A stretch of DNA of 64,000 nt from Octopus sinensis (GCF_006345805.1 NW_021833286.1:14840-78839); one strand, 5' to 3'; shown: positions 46,198-60,300, counted from the first letter of the stretch. The notes: generated by a model from the letters alone, not told the origin. Numbers and translations: made by a program.

Positions 46198-46521
46198 GAG
46201 GGCGCGTGGCTTAGTGGTTAGGGCATCCGGCTCGTGATCGTAAGGTTGTAAGTCCGATTCCTAGCGACGTGTTGTGTCCTTGAGCAAGACACTTTATTTC
46301 ATATTGTTCCAGTCCACTCAGCTGGCAAAAATGCGTAGTTCCTGTATTTCAAAAAAGGGTCAGCCTTGTCTCACTCTCTGTCACACTGAATCTCCTTGCG
46401 AACTACGTTAAGGGTACACGTGTCTGTGGAATACTCAGCCGCTTGAAAGTTAATTTCACGAGCAAGCTGTTCCGTTGATCGTATCAGCTGGGACCCTCGT
46501 CGCTGTAACCGACGGAGTGCT
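46198..46521 (+). mobile_element. tRNA-derived SINE, family B
   Basis: gagggcgcgtggcttagtggttagggc head; near-identical to 57052-57374. Confidence 0.9.
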
Positions 46522-46691
46522 CCTTCATATATATATATATATATACCTCAGCTAACTGAGTTAGAAGTTAAAATAACCGTCTAAGGGATAGAAGTATCCA
46601 TTATACTGAAGGGATCCATATGCAAGCATATTAAGCTCATGAATTATAGATAAAGACAAGGATAAACATGGGTTTCTCAAGAATCAAAATT

Positions 46692-46866
46692 TAAAGAAAA
46701 CAGAAAAGGGAAAAATATTGATGAACAACAATTGACTAAAATCAATAAATATTTATTAATTCAATACAAAAGGTGTGATGCAGTCTATTTGTATTGAATT
46801 AATAAATAATTATTGATTTTAGTCAATTGTTGTTCATCAATAGTTTTCCATCTTCTGTTTTCTTTA
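46692..46866. repeat. Inverted repeat with ~79-bp arms
   Basis: 46692-46770 is complementary to 46788-46866 with a few mismatches. Confidence 0.85.
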
Positions 46867-46873
46867 TATATAC

Positions 46874-46917
<44 letters not shown>

Positions 46918-47322
46918 ATATGTAGGTATATATATATATATCATGAGCCGAATACCCTAACCACTAAGCCACGCGCCCTCAAACACCCCCCCACACACAC
47001 ATATATATATATATATATAACGTCTTTCCATTCCGAGTTCAAATTCCGCCAAGGTCAGCGTTGCCTTTCATTCCTTCGAAGTCGATAAATTAAATACCAG
47101 CCGAGTACTGGTGTCGATGCAATCGACTTACCCCACCCCAAATTGCTGGCCTTGTGCATATGGTAGAAACGATATATATACGGGTGAGTAGGCAACTGAA
47201 AGAAACATTTTTAGTAGGACTGGCAGAAGCAAGGCCGCTATGTGTGTGTGTGTGTGTGTACGAGATGTAAGGAAGTCGGTGTGTTATTTGTTGTATGAGT
47301 AACTAGGGGTGTGTGTGTGTGT

Positions 47323-47360
<38 letters not shown>

Positions 47361-47754
47361 CGTGTGTGAGCCTGTGCGTGCGAATATGTGTGTGTGTACC
47401 TGCAATATACGCGTGAGTACGCGAACTTGTATAGGTTTGTGTGTGCGCAAATATTCGACTGTAAGTCCTTCAAGGCAGTGCGTCGACATTGCCACAGGCT
47501 AATTACTGAAACAAGTAGAACAATATGTCCTTTTCTTTCTCTGAGACAGTGAAACAGCCATACAGGTCACAAGAATTATTTGGAAGTGGATTGTATGTTA
47601 TTTCCTGCAAGTTGAATTTACGTCCTTTATAGCAGGTGGAGCTACAACGACGGCAGCTGAGGTGAGTCTCTCCGAGTGATCCATGTGATGCTCTCAGGTA
47701 AGGAGGCTTTATAAACAAGTGCCTGTCTAACAGTGATTGCATCATCCATACTCT

Positions 47755-48350
47755 CAACAATGCGCCCTTAAATATGGTTTCTGATTACAAATATCTTGGG
47801 TCATACATATCATCATCTGGAAAAGATTTTCTAACTAGAAAGGGTATGGCCTGGTCAGCCTGTAATGACATGCATAAGATCTGGTCATCAAATCTAAGTA
47901 GAGACTTCAAACTTGAAATCTTCAAAGCCACAGTCGAACCAATTCTACTATATGGCTCAGAACCTGGACGTTATCAAAGAAGCTTGAAAGGCGGTGGATG
48001 GAACCTACACTCGCCTCCTTATGAGAGCTCAAAATCTCTCGTGGAAGCGCCATCCAACCAAAATGCAAATATATGGGAAACTACCACCTGTGTCATCTCT
48101 TGTGAAAGGTAGGAGAGTCCAGTTTGCTGGACATTGTTGTAGAGCTGAAAACGAGGCAATTTCTACTCTTCTCCTCTGGACGCCATCTACTCCCAATATC
48201 AGAGGGCGCACACTCTCCTACCCTGATGTAATCTCCAGGGATACAGGCATCCAGCAACAGGACCTCCGTAATGCCTTGATGGACCGTGAAGTCTGGCGTA
48301 GCATGGTAAATTCCATTGCCTCGACTACGTCGAACAATGATGATGATGAA
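47755..48350 (+). mobile_element. 5'-truncated RTE-like LINE
   Basis: DYKYLGSYISSS..RKGMAWSAC..VEPILLYGSE; DGTYTRLLMRA..FAGHC..MDREVWR; short (GAT)n tail. Confidence 0.85.
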
Positions 48351-48907
48351 GGAGGCTTGTAATGGTCCCTTATTGCCAGATCAGTAGTCCCTTCGTAGCA
48401 CAGAGTTCTTAGAGTTTTCTTTAGTTAATGCAGAACCATCTTTCGTGTGCTAGTCTCCATTGTTGATTCTTAATTCTATATCACTGGATCAGTGGTCACC
48501 TTTGTTGGTTCACGAAACTCTATCACTGGTCCGTTAGTAACCTTCTTGGCTCGTAAGCCTCTGTGCCTGTTCAACAAGAAGAACGACGACGACAACAACA
48601 ACAACGGCAACAACAACTTAAATTTACAAGTAGCAAAAAATGCGAAACAACAACATTAATAACAACATCAATAGCAGCGATACAATGACTTTGAAGTTCC
48701 GAATACAATAAAGCAAAAATATATTTTATGCACGCTTGTGTGCGAAAAAAATGTTGAAAGACAACTTAAACTTGTCCTTTTATAACCGGGAAATTAACCG
48801 GGAAATTAATCGCAAACACTTCCTATATTTGTCCTCGGAGCAGTTTTTAAAACTGACTATTAAGTAATTGAATTTTGTAATTACAAATCAATTATATAGC
48901 AGCTGCG

Positions 48908-48952
<45 letters not shown>

Positions 48953-49119
48953 ACACACACAAAGCAAACGTGAGGAAAACATACGAAGGATTCTTTTTTT
49001 GCTTGCAGTAATTCAACTCATTTCTTTGCACGCCAAATTTTCGTTTGTAGAGATGGAAATTAGACATGTTAGAGTATTAAGTCAGACATATTTCTATAAA
49101 TAGTGTATGTATGTATCTG

Positions 49120-49184
<65 letters not shown>

Positions 49185-49191
49185 ATATATA

Positions 49192-49229
<38 letters not shown>

Positions 49230-49278
<49 letters not shown>

Positions 49279-49546
49279 ATCTTTCTTTCTTTCTTTCTTT
49301 CTTTCTATTGATATGTGTATGTATATACATAATGTGTGTGTGTATGTATGAGGAAAGGTTAGCGAGTATGTCTGTTTACTGGTGGTGTGTTGTATGTGTA
49401 CGTGTGTGTGTGTGCGTATCACAATTAATAATACATACAATGAACAAGCGAGCGTTCCCTAATCCGTATGACATATAGACACAAACACATGTATATGAAT
49501 ATATGTACATACTTATATGCATATGAATATATCTATATATACTTAT

Positions 49547-49633
<87 letters not shown>

Positions 49634-49716
49634 TATATAATATATATTAATATATATATATATATATATACATATATATATTATATATATATATCTATAT
49701 ATATATATATCCTATA

Positions 49717-49785
<69 letters not shown>

Positions 49786-50047
49786 ATTGATATGTGTATG
49801 TATATACATATATGTGTGTGTGTATGTATGAGGAAAGGTTAGCGAGTATGTCTGTTTACTGGTGGTGTGTGTATGTGTACGTGTGTGTGTGTGCGTATCA
49901 CAATTAATAATACATACAATGAACAAGCGAGCGTTCCCTATATCCGTATGACATATAGACACAAACACATGTATATGAATATATGTACATACTTATATGC
50001 ATATGAATATATCTATATATACTTATATACATACATACATACATACT
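49230..50047. repeat. Local duplication with 480-bp offset
   Basis: aggaaaggttagcgagtatg at 49351 and 49831, with about 300 bp of near-identical context. Confidence 0.9.
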
Positions 50048-50693
50048 ACATATATACATATATATATACATATATACATAATATATATATAATATAAATA
50101 ATTTTAATATATACTATATAATATATATATATTATATATAGATATATATATATATATATATATATATTACATATATATATATATATATATAATGTAATTC
50201 TACATATGCGTGAGTGCATGTATGCTCTTTTATGTAAGTGTGTGGGTGTGTGGTGTGTAATTGTTTTAGCGAATAACACACCAACACACTAACATTATAC
50301 ACACAGAGGCATGACTATGCAGTTAAGACACTCGTTGTGCAACCAAATGGTTTCGGGTTCAGTTTCGTTGCATGGGATCGACGAACGCTTAAAATGCTGC
50401 CAATATTGAAAATATTTTACTTTACAGAGTTTATTATAGTTCAAACAATTATCTGTAATGAGAAAAGCCAAGGATAAACAGATATAAATAAAAGTAAAAA
50501 GTCGTAGAAAAAGCAGATTTTTAGGCGTGCAATATTTCTTCAGTGAAATACCAATTTGATTTCAGAAAATATAATAATTGCTTCTGGCATCTAGAAGAAA
50601 ACATAGTATTAAAGAGAGTTAGGAGAGAGAATTTAAAAGAAAAGAACAGCGGGAGACTGAAACGTGACGATATATATATATATGTGTATAACA

Positions 50694-50731
<38 letters not shown>

Positions 50732-51028
50732 ATAAGCATAACAATGCGCAACCGTTAAAAAGAACTTTCACCTTATTAATTACATAAATTACTTCAATTA
50801 TTTGTCAGCATTTTCTTCATTTCCTTTTATATATATATAATATATATATATAATATATAATATATATATATATATATATTATATATATTATATATATATG
50901 ATATGCATATATATATATGTATATATATATGTATAGTAAAAATATGTTACAAAAAGAAAATATAAAATACACGTGGAAATGAAATGGTAAAATATGAAAA
51001 ATCAACGAAAATGCACGTTGCAATATAT

Positions 51029-51064
<36 letters not shown>

Positions 51065-51242
51065 CATATATATGTACATATATATACATATAAATATACA
51101 TATATATATACATATATATACATATATATAAACATACATATATATATATACATATATATATTTATAATATACATATATATAAACATACATATATATATAT
51201 ACATATATATATTTATATATATACATATATATATACATATAT

Positions 51243-51273
<31 letters not shown>

Positions 51274-51491
51274 ATATATATACATATATATAATATATAC
51301 ATACATATTTATACATATATCTACTTATAGTCATACATATGCAAATAATTATATAAGTATTCAAATATATATATATTCACAATATTTTATATACATATGT
51401 GCCTGTTTGAGCGTATATGCATATCTAGATCTCTGGTATATCCATATATCTATCAATTGATCAGTAGCGACACCTGCTGGGTTTGACTACG

Positions 51492-51532
51492 CTGCGTTGA
51501 TAAAGGGCAACAACCCTGAAACATGTCTGCAG
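51492..51532 (+). ncRNA. Minimal type I hammerhead ribozyme (U3/A8 variant), copy 1
   Basis: ctgcg-TTGATAA-AGGG caacaa CCCT-GAAA-CATG-TC|tgcag; palindromic stem III ACATGT; GUC site ending at 51527. Confidence 0.75.
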
Positions 51533-51853
51533 ATGTCCGACTAGCAAGGTGAAGCGGCTGATCTCCCCTGTTCGAAGGTTGTAATGGACGCAGGTTCGTG
51601 TGTCATATAGCTAGCTAGAGGCGATGGCCTCTAGGAGCTAATCAGCGACAGCTTTAGTCTTATATCTATAGACTGCCATATTAGTATGGTGATAATTATT
51701 AATATCCAGTAACGCTGCCGTAATCTCCTTTAGAGAGACTTACTAATTTTAATATTTCTATTATTGAAAACAAGTGGATGTATTCCACTGTAACTAGGTA
51801 AATAAAATCTTCGAACAGACGGTCAGTAGCGACACATGCTGGGTCTGACTACG

Positions 51854-51894
51854 CTGCATTGATAAAGGGCAACAACCCTGAAACGTGTCTGCAG
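51854..51894 (+). ncRNA. Minimal type I hammerhead ribozyme (U3/A8 variant), copy 2
   Basis: ctgca-TTGATAA-AGGG caacaa CCCT-GAAA-CGTG-TC|tgcag; GUC site ending at 51889. Confidence 0.75.
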
Positions 51895-52070
51895 ATGTCT
51901 GACTAGCAAGGTGAAGCGGCTGACCTCCCCTGTTCGAAGGTTGTAATAGACGCAGGTTCGTGTGTCATATAGCTAGCTAGAGGCGATGGCCTCTTGGGGC
52001 TAATCAGCGACAGCTTTAGTCTTATATTTATAGACTGCCATATTAGTATGGTGATAACTATTAATATATA

Positions 52071-52111
<41 letters not shown>

Positions 52112-52112
52112 A

Positions 52113-52162
<50 letters not shown>

Positions 52163-52211
52163 AGAGAGATAGATAGATAGATAGATAGATAGGTAGTTAA
52201 ATATACTGACT

Positions 52212-52520
52212 ATGCTTGGCTTAGTGGTTAGGAAATTGGGCTTCTGACTATCAGGTTGTGAGTTCGATGTTGTGTGGAGCGAGAAATTTTACTTCATGCT
52301 GGTCCAGTGCAGCACTTACCTAACTAAATCAGTAGTATTTCAAAGGCCCAGCTTTATCACATCCTATCCGGCTGTGGCACCCTGGGAACTATAATATTAA
52401 GGGTATGGGGGTATGGATGTTTGTCGAATGGTCAGCCATTTGCACGTCAGCTTAACAGGACACCGTTCCCTTGATCGAACGAACTGGAAGCCACATCGTA
52501 TTAACCAACTTAGCACCAGT
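52212..52520 (+). mobile_element. Highly diverged family-B SINE
   Basis: tggcttagtggttagg head, gagttcgat B box and gtatttcaaaggcccagc core. Confidence 0.6.
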
Positions 52521-52854
52521 GTGTCTGTGTGCGTATGTATATATATATGTGTGTGTGTGCGTTTGTGTGTATATATATATATATATTGATATTTATATTT
52601 ACATATATATGTACGAATTATATATACATATATATATATAAATATATGTGTATGTGTGGGTATGTATATATGTGTGTATATATATATATATATATGTTTG
52701 TTTGTGTTTCTTTAAACATACATATATGTGTATGTATATATATACATACACATATATTTATGTTTATAGACACACAAACAAACATATATATTTATACATA
52801 TGTATGTTTATAGACACACAAACAAACATATATATATATATATACATATATATA

Positions 52855-52892
<38 letters not shown>

Positions 52893-53859
52893 CATATATA
52901 TATTCATATGCATAAGTACACTGACATATATGTTTGCGTGTATAGAGAGAAAAAGAGGGAGAGTGAGAGGGAGAGAATGGGAGATAGGGAAAGTGGGTGA
53001 GAGAAAAACAGAAAGTATCTGCCCTTAAGAAGTGTCATTCTAAATTTCAGTTTTATATCTAAACAATTATTTATTTCTGTTTTGGAAATCTAGAAAAAAT
53101 ACAAAAACAAAAAAAGAAACAATACTTTCGCAAATCTCATTATGTGTGTGTGTGTTTGTGTGTGTTTCTATATGTGCCTGTATGTTGTGCGTGTGTATGT
53201 CCGTGTAAATATGTGTTGGTGCTTGTGTGTGTGTTTGTATTTCATATTTAACTAAGCTCCTATATTAATAATCGTTTGTATCAATTTACCCAAAACATAA
53301 ACTTATATAATGTCTAAACTATAAAGCAATTATAATCCTCGGCGCTTGCCGTAGCTTTAATATATTCTGAATACAAGTGGCTATTGAAAGCAAAAGTAGG
53401 CATTCGAAAAATGAAGGCAATATGTTGTCGGACGCAACACTGAGGCCAAGAAATCTTTGACAGAGTGAAGTTCAAATGTTTGTTGCGCGTAAGAAAAAAA
53501 TGGCGCTTAAGAAGTTCGCTTTGCAGTTACGTATCATCGGGTTCAATCTCTCTTTGCAATACCTTGGGAAAGTGTCTTCTACTATAATCTTGGGCCTTTA
53601 TGGAGATAATGCAGTCGTTTTGTTGCATTCTAGATTTTAATTAATTCATTTTAAATCTCTCTAAGCATCCACCCATGCATCAATAAGGGGTATATATATC
53701 CCTTAAAATATTCTCTGATCTCCGTTTCAAGCAGCGTGGTGTAGTTTTATTTCTAGATCTGTGTCGAATCAAAGTCGATCAGCTATGGCTCCATCACTAT
53801 TAAATCGTAGAATTATGAAATACAAGGATGTGTTATGTCACCAGATCTCTTAAATTACC

Positions 53860-54700
53860 ATAGCGAATTGATCATAAGAGAATTAGAGAAAGAAAAATGC
53901 CATAAGCTAGGAAAGAGAAACATCACAAATATAAGGTATACAGATGACAGAGTTTAACTTGCAGAATCGGTAAAGAAACTTCAGAGAGTTCTGGATATAG
54001 TAGTCAGAGGAAGGGTGTGTTCATAAATTGCAAGACAGAGAGTATGGTGTTGACAAAGAAGGGAGGCCCAAAGAGTATGTTGAAAGTGAACAATCTAATT
54101 ATTAAGCAGGTATCATCCTTCAACTTACCTGGGAAATTTGACCACAGAGAATGCATGATGTGCGAAGATCAAAACACAAATAACACTGACAAAATTTGCA
54201 TTCTCAAAATTGTATATCATCTTGAGAAACCGTACTCTGAACTTCAGAAACAAAATTCGTAAATCTACCTGTTACATCAACCCTTTGTTTATATATGGAG
54301 GTGAAGTATATTCTGTAACATCGAAATGAGTATGTTTGGAGTGCTGTGAAATCTTGTTCGTACGGAGAATATTAAGGAGAGCATGGACAGACAACATGTG
54401 TAATGATGAAGAGATGGCTCGGGCTGAGGTAAGTAGAAAACTGCTTCATGTGATAAGCGCCATGCAACTGAGATTTCTTAGTCATTTCATGGAGAAGGAG
54501 GGTAAATTAGCGATAACCGGAGAGATTAAAGAAAAAAGAAGCAAGGAAAGGAGAAGGGTGCTATAAATGTCAAGCATAAGGGGCAAGCTGGAAGAAAGAG
54601 GTATTAAACAGAGGCAGTGGAAACTTTACAGAACAGAAAGAACAGAGAATGGTGGCAGAGGGTGATTGCCTATGTCCTAAAGTATGTCCATGGCACCAAA
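53860..54700 (+). mobile_element. Old decayed RTE-like LINE fragment
   Basis: NITNIRYTDD (YADD-like) and RRILRRAWTD...QLRFLSHF motifs with many stops. Boundaries approximate. Confidence 0.65.
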
Positions 54701-54962
54701 AGAAGGTCGTATTTCAAATGCACGCAAAGCTCTTGAAGAGTATCCACCATTCGTTTGTCATTCTCTTCTACACTCTCTAACTTTATATTGAATTATTCAC
54801 TGTATGAACTTCGAATTTACGAACTGCCCAGGTGGTGAAAGTCAATTTAACGGTCTACCTGCATTGCAACAACTTTCTCTGGTCAATTTGGTTAGTTAGG
54901 GTTAACACATGCAAAGGGGTTAAAAAGTATTTTCCTGGGTTTTCAATCCCTTTTTTCGTGTG

Positions 54963-55025
<63 letters not shown>

Positions 55026-55095
55026 GTGTGTGCGTGTGTGTGTGTGTGCGTGTGCGTGTGTATGTGTGTGCGTATGTATGTATTTCGATTTCTGC

Positions 55096-55305
55096 GGCAC
55101 GTTGTGTCCTTGAGCAAGACATTTTATTTCACGTTGCAGTTCACTCAGTTGGCAGAAATGATTAGTACATATGTTTGAAAGAGCTGGCCTCGTCACACTC
55201 TGTATCACGCTGAATCTCCCTTAGATCTACTTTAAGAGTACACATGTCTGTAGAGTACTGATCCATTTGAACGTTGATTTCCTGAGCAAGATGTTCCGAC
55301 AGAGT

Positions 55306-55308
<3 letters not shown>
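55096..55308 (+). mobile_element. Partial family-B SINE
   Basis: gttgtgtccttgagcaagacattttatttcacgttg core. Confidence 0.75.
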
Positions 55309-55365
<57 letters not shown>

Positions 55366-55687
55366 AGAGTAAGCACATAAATGTGAAACAAGGTGGGAAA
55401 AATAGTACTCGAATACCAGAGGTAGAGTAATATGCTGTATTATTATTAAAGCTGCAAAATCACAACAAAATTTATCACGATAAACCTATCACCATTGATT
55501 AGAAAAAACCGTTAGTCGAAAGGACCAATGAAATGAAACCAATTTCGAATGTGTATCTGTCAAAATAAATTGGGCAAGTGAATTTTGCTATAGCCTCGGG
55601 CCGACCAAAACCTTGAGTGGATTTCGTAGGCGGAAACTGAAAGAAACTCTTCGTATAAAAATATAAATACATATATACACACATACA

Positions 55688-55718
<31 letters not shown>

Positions 55719-56388
55719 CACCACACACACAAATATTTACATGCATACATATGTGTGTGTGCGTGTGTTTGTGCGTGTGTGTGTGCGTGTGTGTGTGTGT
55801 GCGAGAGAGAGAGAGAGAGAGAATGAAAATGCACATTATCTCAAATAGGTTTAATGAATATATTTCGACCAAATGCAAAATAGATTATAAACAGAAAAAA
55901 CAGAAAGATGTTACTCAATAGCATCATCTTCATTGCTATTTCTGATGAACCATGGTTTATGTTGTGATCAGTCCATTATATATTAAAGGCCAATAATGTC
56001 GGAGGTGCATGGAATCACACAACTTCCTTGGACATTCGACCGATGAGCATTAATTGGCCTGCTTAATAGATATATAGGAAATTATGTTATATATGCATGT
56101 ATATAAATATACATAGTTATATATGTATATATATGCATGTATCTACACACATACACACATATGAATTTGTGTGTGCGTCTTTGTGTATGTGTGCTTTATG
56201 AACATTTATTTAGGGATAACAGGAAAAAAGCCTATAATTTTCTGTGACAGAAAGCAGGCAACAATTAGGTATAACAATGGGTTGTTCTCCAGCACACAGA
56301 GAAATTGTTTCAATATGTTAGAGAGAATAGATTGGTTTAAATTTCATATCTCTGTATAGTTCTAAGATATGTATATATATATATATAT

Positions 56389-56828
56389 ATAAGTAAAAAA
56401 AATTTTTTTTTTAAATGCAGAATGCTCAAATGAAAGAAAATTTAATAAAATGAGAAATTGATAAAATATATAAATATATATTTATTCAACCGGTTTTCGT
56501 CATTGTATGACTTGTCAAGAATATTTATGTTTAAAAAGTTTTTTAAAATTAGAAAGGGGAAAAAAAGAAAATTGCATTGTTTTTTGCAAAAGAATAATGA
56601 TAAAAATGTACAAAAATTAAAAAATAAGTACTCCGATACATTGTGAGTTCGTTGTGTATCTTGAGTTTAATGATTGTTCACGAAAAAATTACCTTGAGGT
56701 ATTAGGATCCAAAGGGATTAAGAGCATGTGTTGTTTGGTTTAATTCAGGATGTTGGCAGGACAGGAAGTAATAGTAATTGTGGTTCTTCAGTTCCTGTGT
56801 TGTGAGTAAGGGGAGACAACTCTTTTGA
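56389..56828 (-). repeat. 3' pseudo-LTR arm (inverted relative to 60861-61297)
   Basis: Near-identical reverse complement of 60861-61297 with few differences. Confidence 0.95.
56483..56523 (-). ncRNA. Minimal hammerhead-like motif (U3/A8 variant) in the 3' pLTR
   Basis: Minus strand: tattc-TTGACAA-GTCA tacaa TGAC-GAAA-ACCGG-TT|gaata, overlapping AATAAA. Confidence 0.6.
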
Positions 56829-57051
56829 GTTCTTCAATAAGGGCTGTTGGTAAAACCCAAATTATAAAATTATCATTTTAGCTTCATTTGCGTTATCTTT
56901 TTTATATAATTGCTTGTTAACTTAACTTTCAGATTTTAACACTTTATTTATATTATTTTCTAATTATATAAATCTGCATAGATAATTGCATTTCAGATCG
57001 TCATATCATTTATAATAAAAATGATAGTAATAACAACAATAGTAAAAATGA

Positions 57052-57374
57052 CGTGAGGGCGCGTGGCTTAGTGGTTAGGGCATTCGGCTCATGATCGTAA
57101 GGTTGTGAGTTCGATTCCCGGCGACGCGTTGTGTCCTTGAGCAAGACACTTTATTTCACGTTGTTCCATCCACTCAGCTGGCAAAAATGAGTTGTACTTG
57201 TATTTCAAAGGGTCAGCCTTGTCACTCTCTGTGTCACGCTGATTATCCCCGAGAACTACGTTAAGGGTACACGTGTCTGTGGAATGCTCAGCCATTTGCA
57301 CGTTAATTTCACGAGCAAGCTGTTCCGTTGATCGTATCAGCTGGGACCCTCGTCGTCGTAACCGGCGGAGTCTT
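57052..57374 (+). mobile_element. Family-B SINE inserted in the Penelope 3' region, 12-bp TSD
   Basis: tagtaaaaatga at 57040-57051 and 57375-57386; clear A and B boxes. Confidence 0.92.
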
Positions 57375-60300
57375 TAGTAAAAATGATATTTAAAGAATAT
57401 AAGTTTTAGCTTGAAGTGATGAATGCATGGTATCTTTATATATTTGTGTTAGTCCATCCATGAAGAGTGAGGTAGAAAAAGGAAGTTTGATCAACGAGGA
57501 GTTTGCATATTAAGTTGTGTTTGGAATTTTTCAATAAAGAGATTCTCCTTGTTAATTCTCTCCTGTGTGGTGATCCCGTCTTTACATTGGTAGAAGGGGA
57601 ATATATAGAATTTGGGGTTTAAGTCTTTAGCACATGAGTCTAAGTGGTCACTCAGTGGAATTTGTCGGTATTCCGGGAGATTTATTTGTCTTTATGCACC
57701 GTTACTCGTTTACGTAACGGGAGACTCGTTTGTCCAACATAATTATGTTGGCAACCAGCGCATGTGAGAACGTAGATAAGGTTCTCGGAGGAACAGGAGA
57801 AGTTAGTCTTGATTTTAAACTTCGTACCTTGTTTGAAGGTAAATTCAGAGCCTTCAAGTAGAAAGGGGCAGGTACCACAGTTTGAGCGTGCACATTTTTT
57901 TACTGTTGGCGGTGGATGTGGTGTGTGAAGTTTGGCATTTGTCAAGAGTTTTTTTAAAGATTTGTGTTGCCTTTTACATTTGAGGATTTTGTGTGTATTT
58001 ATAATGTTTTTCATTTTTGGGTCTGTTGACAGTAGACTGAGGTTTTGTATGATTGTGGTGTATGCTTCGATATTTTTGGGGTTGTGGGTGGAAATGTATG
58101 GAAGTATTTTGAGGCTGTGTGTGGTGTTAGGTTGGGTGGTTTTCAGTGTAGTGTTATCTAGTTCTTTGGCGCGTTTTATTCCATACTCTATAAGGGTGGA
58201 GGGATATTGACGTTGTAATAGTGTTTTTTTGAGGTCTTGAAGGCGTATTTCTCGTGTTTTTGGATCCGAGACACTGGTGCATACCCTTTTAGCTAAATTG
58301 AAAGGGATATTTGTCTTGGTGTGTTTTGGGTGGCATGAACTAAAGAGGAGGTATTGTTGTGAGTCTGTAGGTTTGTGGTAGATGTCTGTTATGATTTGTT
58401 CTTAGGTGTTTTTATAATTAGGAGATCAAGGAATGGGAGATGATGTTTGCTTAATTCCATAGTGAATTGGATGTTGGGATGTATGTTGTTTAGTATGGTT
58501 TTGAATTCCAGGAGTTTTTCATAAGGTTCTTTCCATATGATGAAACAATCATCTAAATACCTTTTCCAGTTTTCCATTAGGTAGGTGTGGAAAACATGTC
58601 CAAATTTCTGGCTTGATATTTCATAGAGTGACAGTTCGAAGTAACCCATTATGAGGTTCGCAAGGACTGGTGCAGCCTTGGTACCCATCGCAATACCACA
58701 TTTTTGACGGTAGTGTGTGTCGTCGAAGAGAAAAAAATGTTTGTCAGAATGAACTTGAGAGATTCTGTAATAAAAGACTTGTTAATGCGGTCAGGGAATG
58801 TCTCTGGGTGTTTTTTCTAGCCAGAAGTCAATTGCCTCTATACCATACTCATGTGGGATGTTGGTGTAGAGGTTGATGACATCAAGGATACCAGGAGTGC
58901 CTCCTCGTTAACTGTTTTCGGGAGGTGTTTGAGCATGTCCAGATCATCCCTAATGAAACTTTTGATGTGGGTAAGGAAAGGTTTCAAAAGGATGTCTCGG
59001 AAGTTACTCAGGCGGTGTGTTTCACAGGAGGTACCAGCCCCGATGGCCTTAGTTTTAGGTCCTCGGTGCTTTGATGTTGATGTGGATGTCAGTGGAGTTT
59101 GCAGGCTTCGGTGATGTATTTGTTTTTATGGATTTTAGGAAGGCCATAAAAAAGGCTGGGCTTGCATTTGAAAATGGTGATATAATCCCTTTCTTTTTCT
59201 GTGAGTCCCTGACCGTTTGACGTATGAGTGTGGTGAGTTTCTGATTGTTTTTTGCTGTTTGTAGTTGTTAATAACCTCATAGAAAATGTTATTGTTAACA
59301 TGGAAAACACTAGGTGTTTATAAAATTCCGTGTCCATAGGACCACAGCACTCCCTTTGTCCGCTTCTTTGATGGTGAGGTTTTTATCCAGTTGTATGTCA
59401 CGTAGGTTTTCCCATTCTTCCTTACTGAAATTGGATTTTACCTTGGTTTTGCTTGGGGTAAAGGGGAACTCTGGATGTGTTTGCAGAAATCGTCCAGTGT
59501 TTTATTTCTCCCTTTTGATGGTAGAAGTTGCTTTTATTTCTGATCAATGAATCGTCCCCATTGTTGATATCTGTCAAAGCTTCTGTTAGGCGAAGTTTTC
59601 TGCAGAATTCAGAAACGTCATCCTTGACTCCGGGGGTTTGGTGTTCTTGGGGCGGGTGTGAATTTCAAACCCCTTGCTACGATGTTGATTTGGGTTGGTG
59701 TCAGTGTTTTGCTGGAGAGGTTTATAATTTTTGTTTTCTTATTTTGGGTCTGTGTTAGCGGTGGTGTTTGTTGTTTTCCCCTCTGTCTAAAAAATGGTTG
59801 TTGAGGTAAGGGGTGTATTCTTTGTTAAAGTTCTGGTTGTATGTGTAGGAGTGTTTTGGGGTGGGGAGGTTGGAGGGGTAGTAGTTGTGGTATTTATGTT
59901 GGTATGGGATGCGATGGTGTAAGGTTTGTGTGAGAATGCGGTGGTTTGTGGGTGTGTGTCTGGTAGATTGTATGGGGGGATGTAGGGGGGTATGTAGTTG
60001 TGGTGATTGGGTTCGTGTGGGATGTGAGGGTTTGGAGATCTGTAGGAAATGTGGTAGGAATGTGGTTGTTGGATGGGTGGACTATAGGGGGTTCGTTGGG
60101 TGGGTATTATATGTATCGGTTGGGTAGGATGCCTTGTTTGTTATTAGTGTGAGGGAGGGGAGCATTGAGGGGGGGGGGATAATTCCTAGTGTATGAGAGG
60201 TTCTTGAAGGTTCTAATCGGTGGGGGAGGGGTGTTAGAGTGATTGGAAAACCAGGTTTTGTGGTGGGTCTTGTTTGAGATGTTTCGGGGGGGGGGAAGGT

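Larger units (their letters stand above)
51461..52067 (+). mobile_element. Retrozyme-like non-coding element: ~245-bp direct repeats with a 362-bp period, each carrying a hammerhead
   Basis: tcagtagcgacac at 51461 and 51823; repeats end near 51705 and 52067; flanked by TA-rich tracts; no ORF. Confidence 0.75.

Noticed and set aside
56458-56646. Matching 62-aa ORFs at 56458(+) and 61040(-)
   Set aside because: A by-product of the inverted pLTR arms; AT-rich non-coding sequence.
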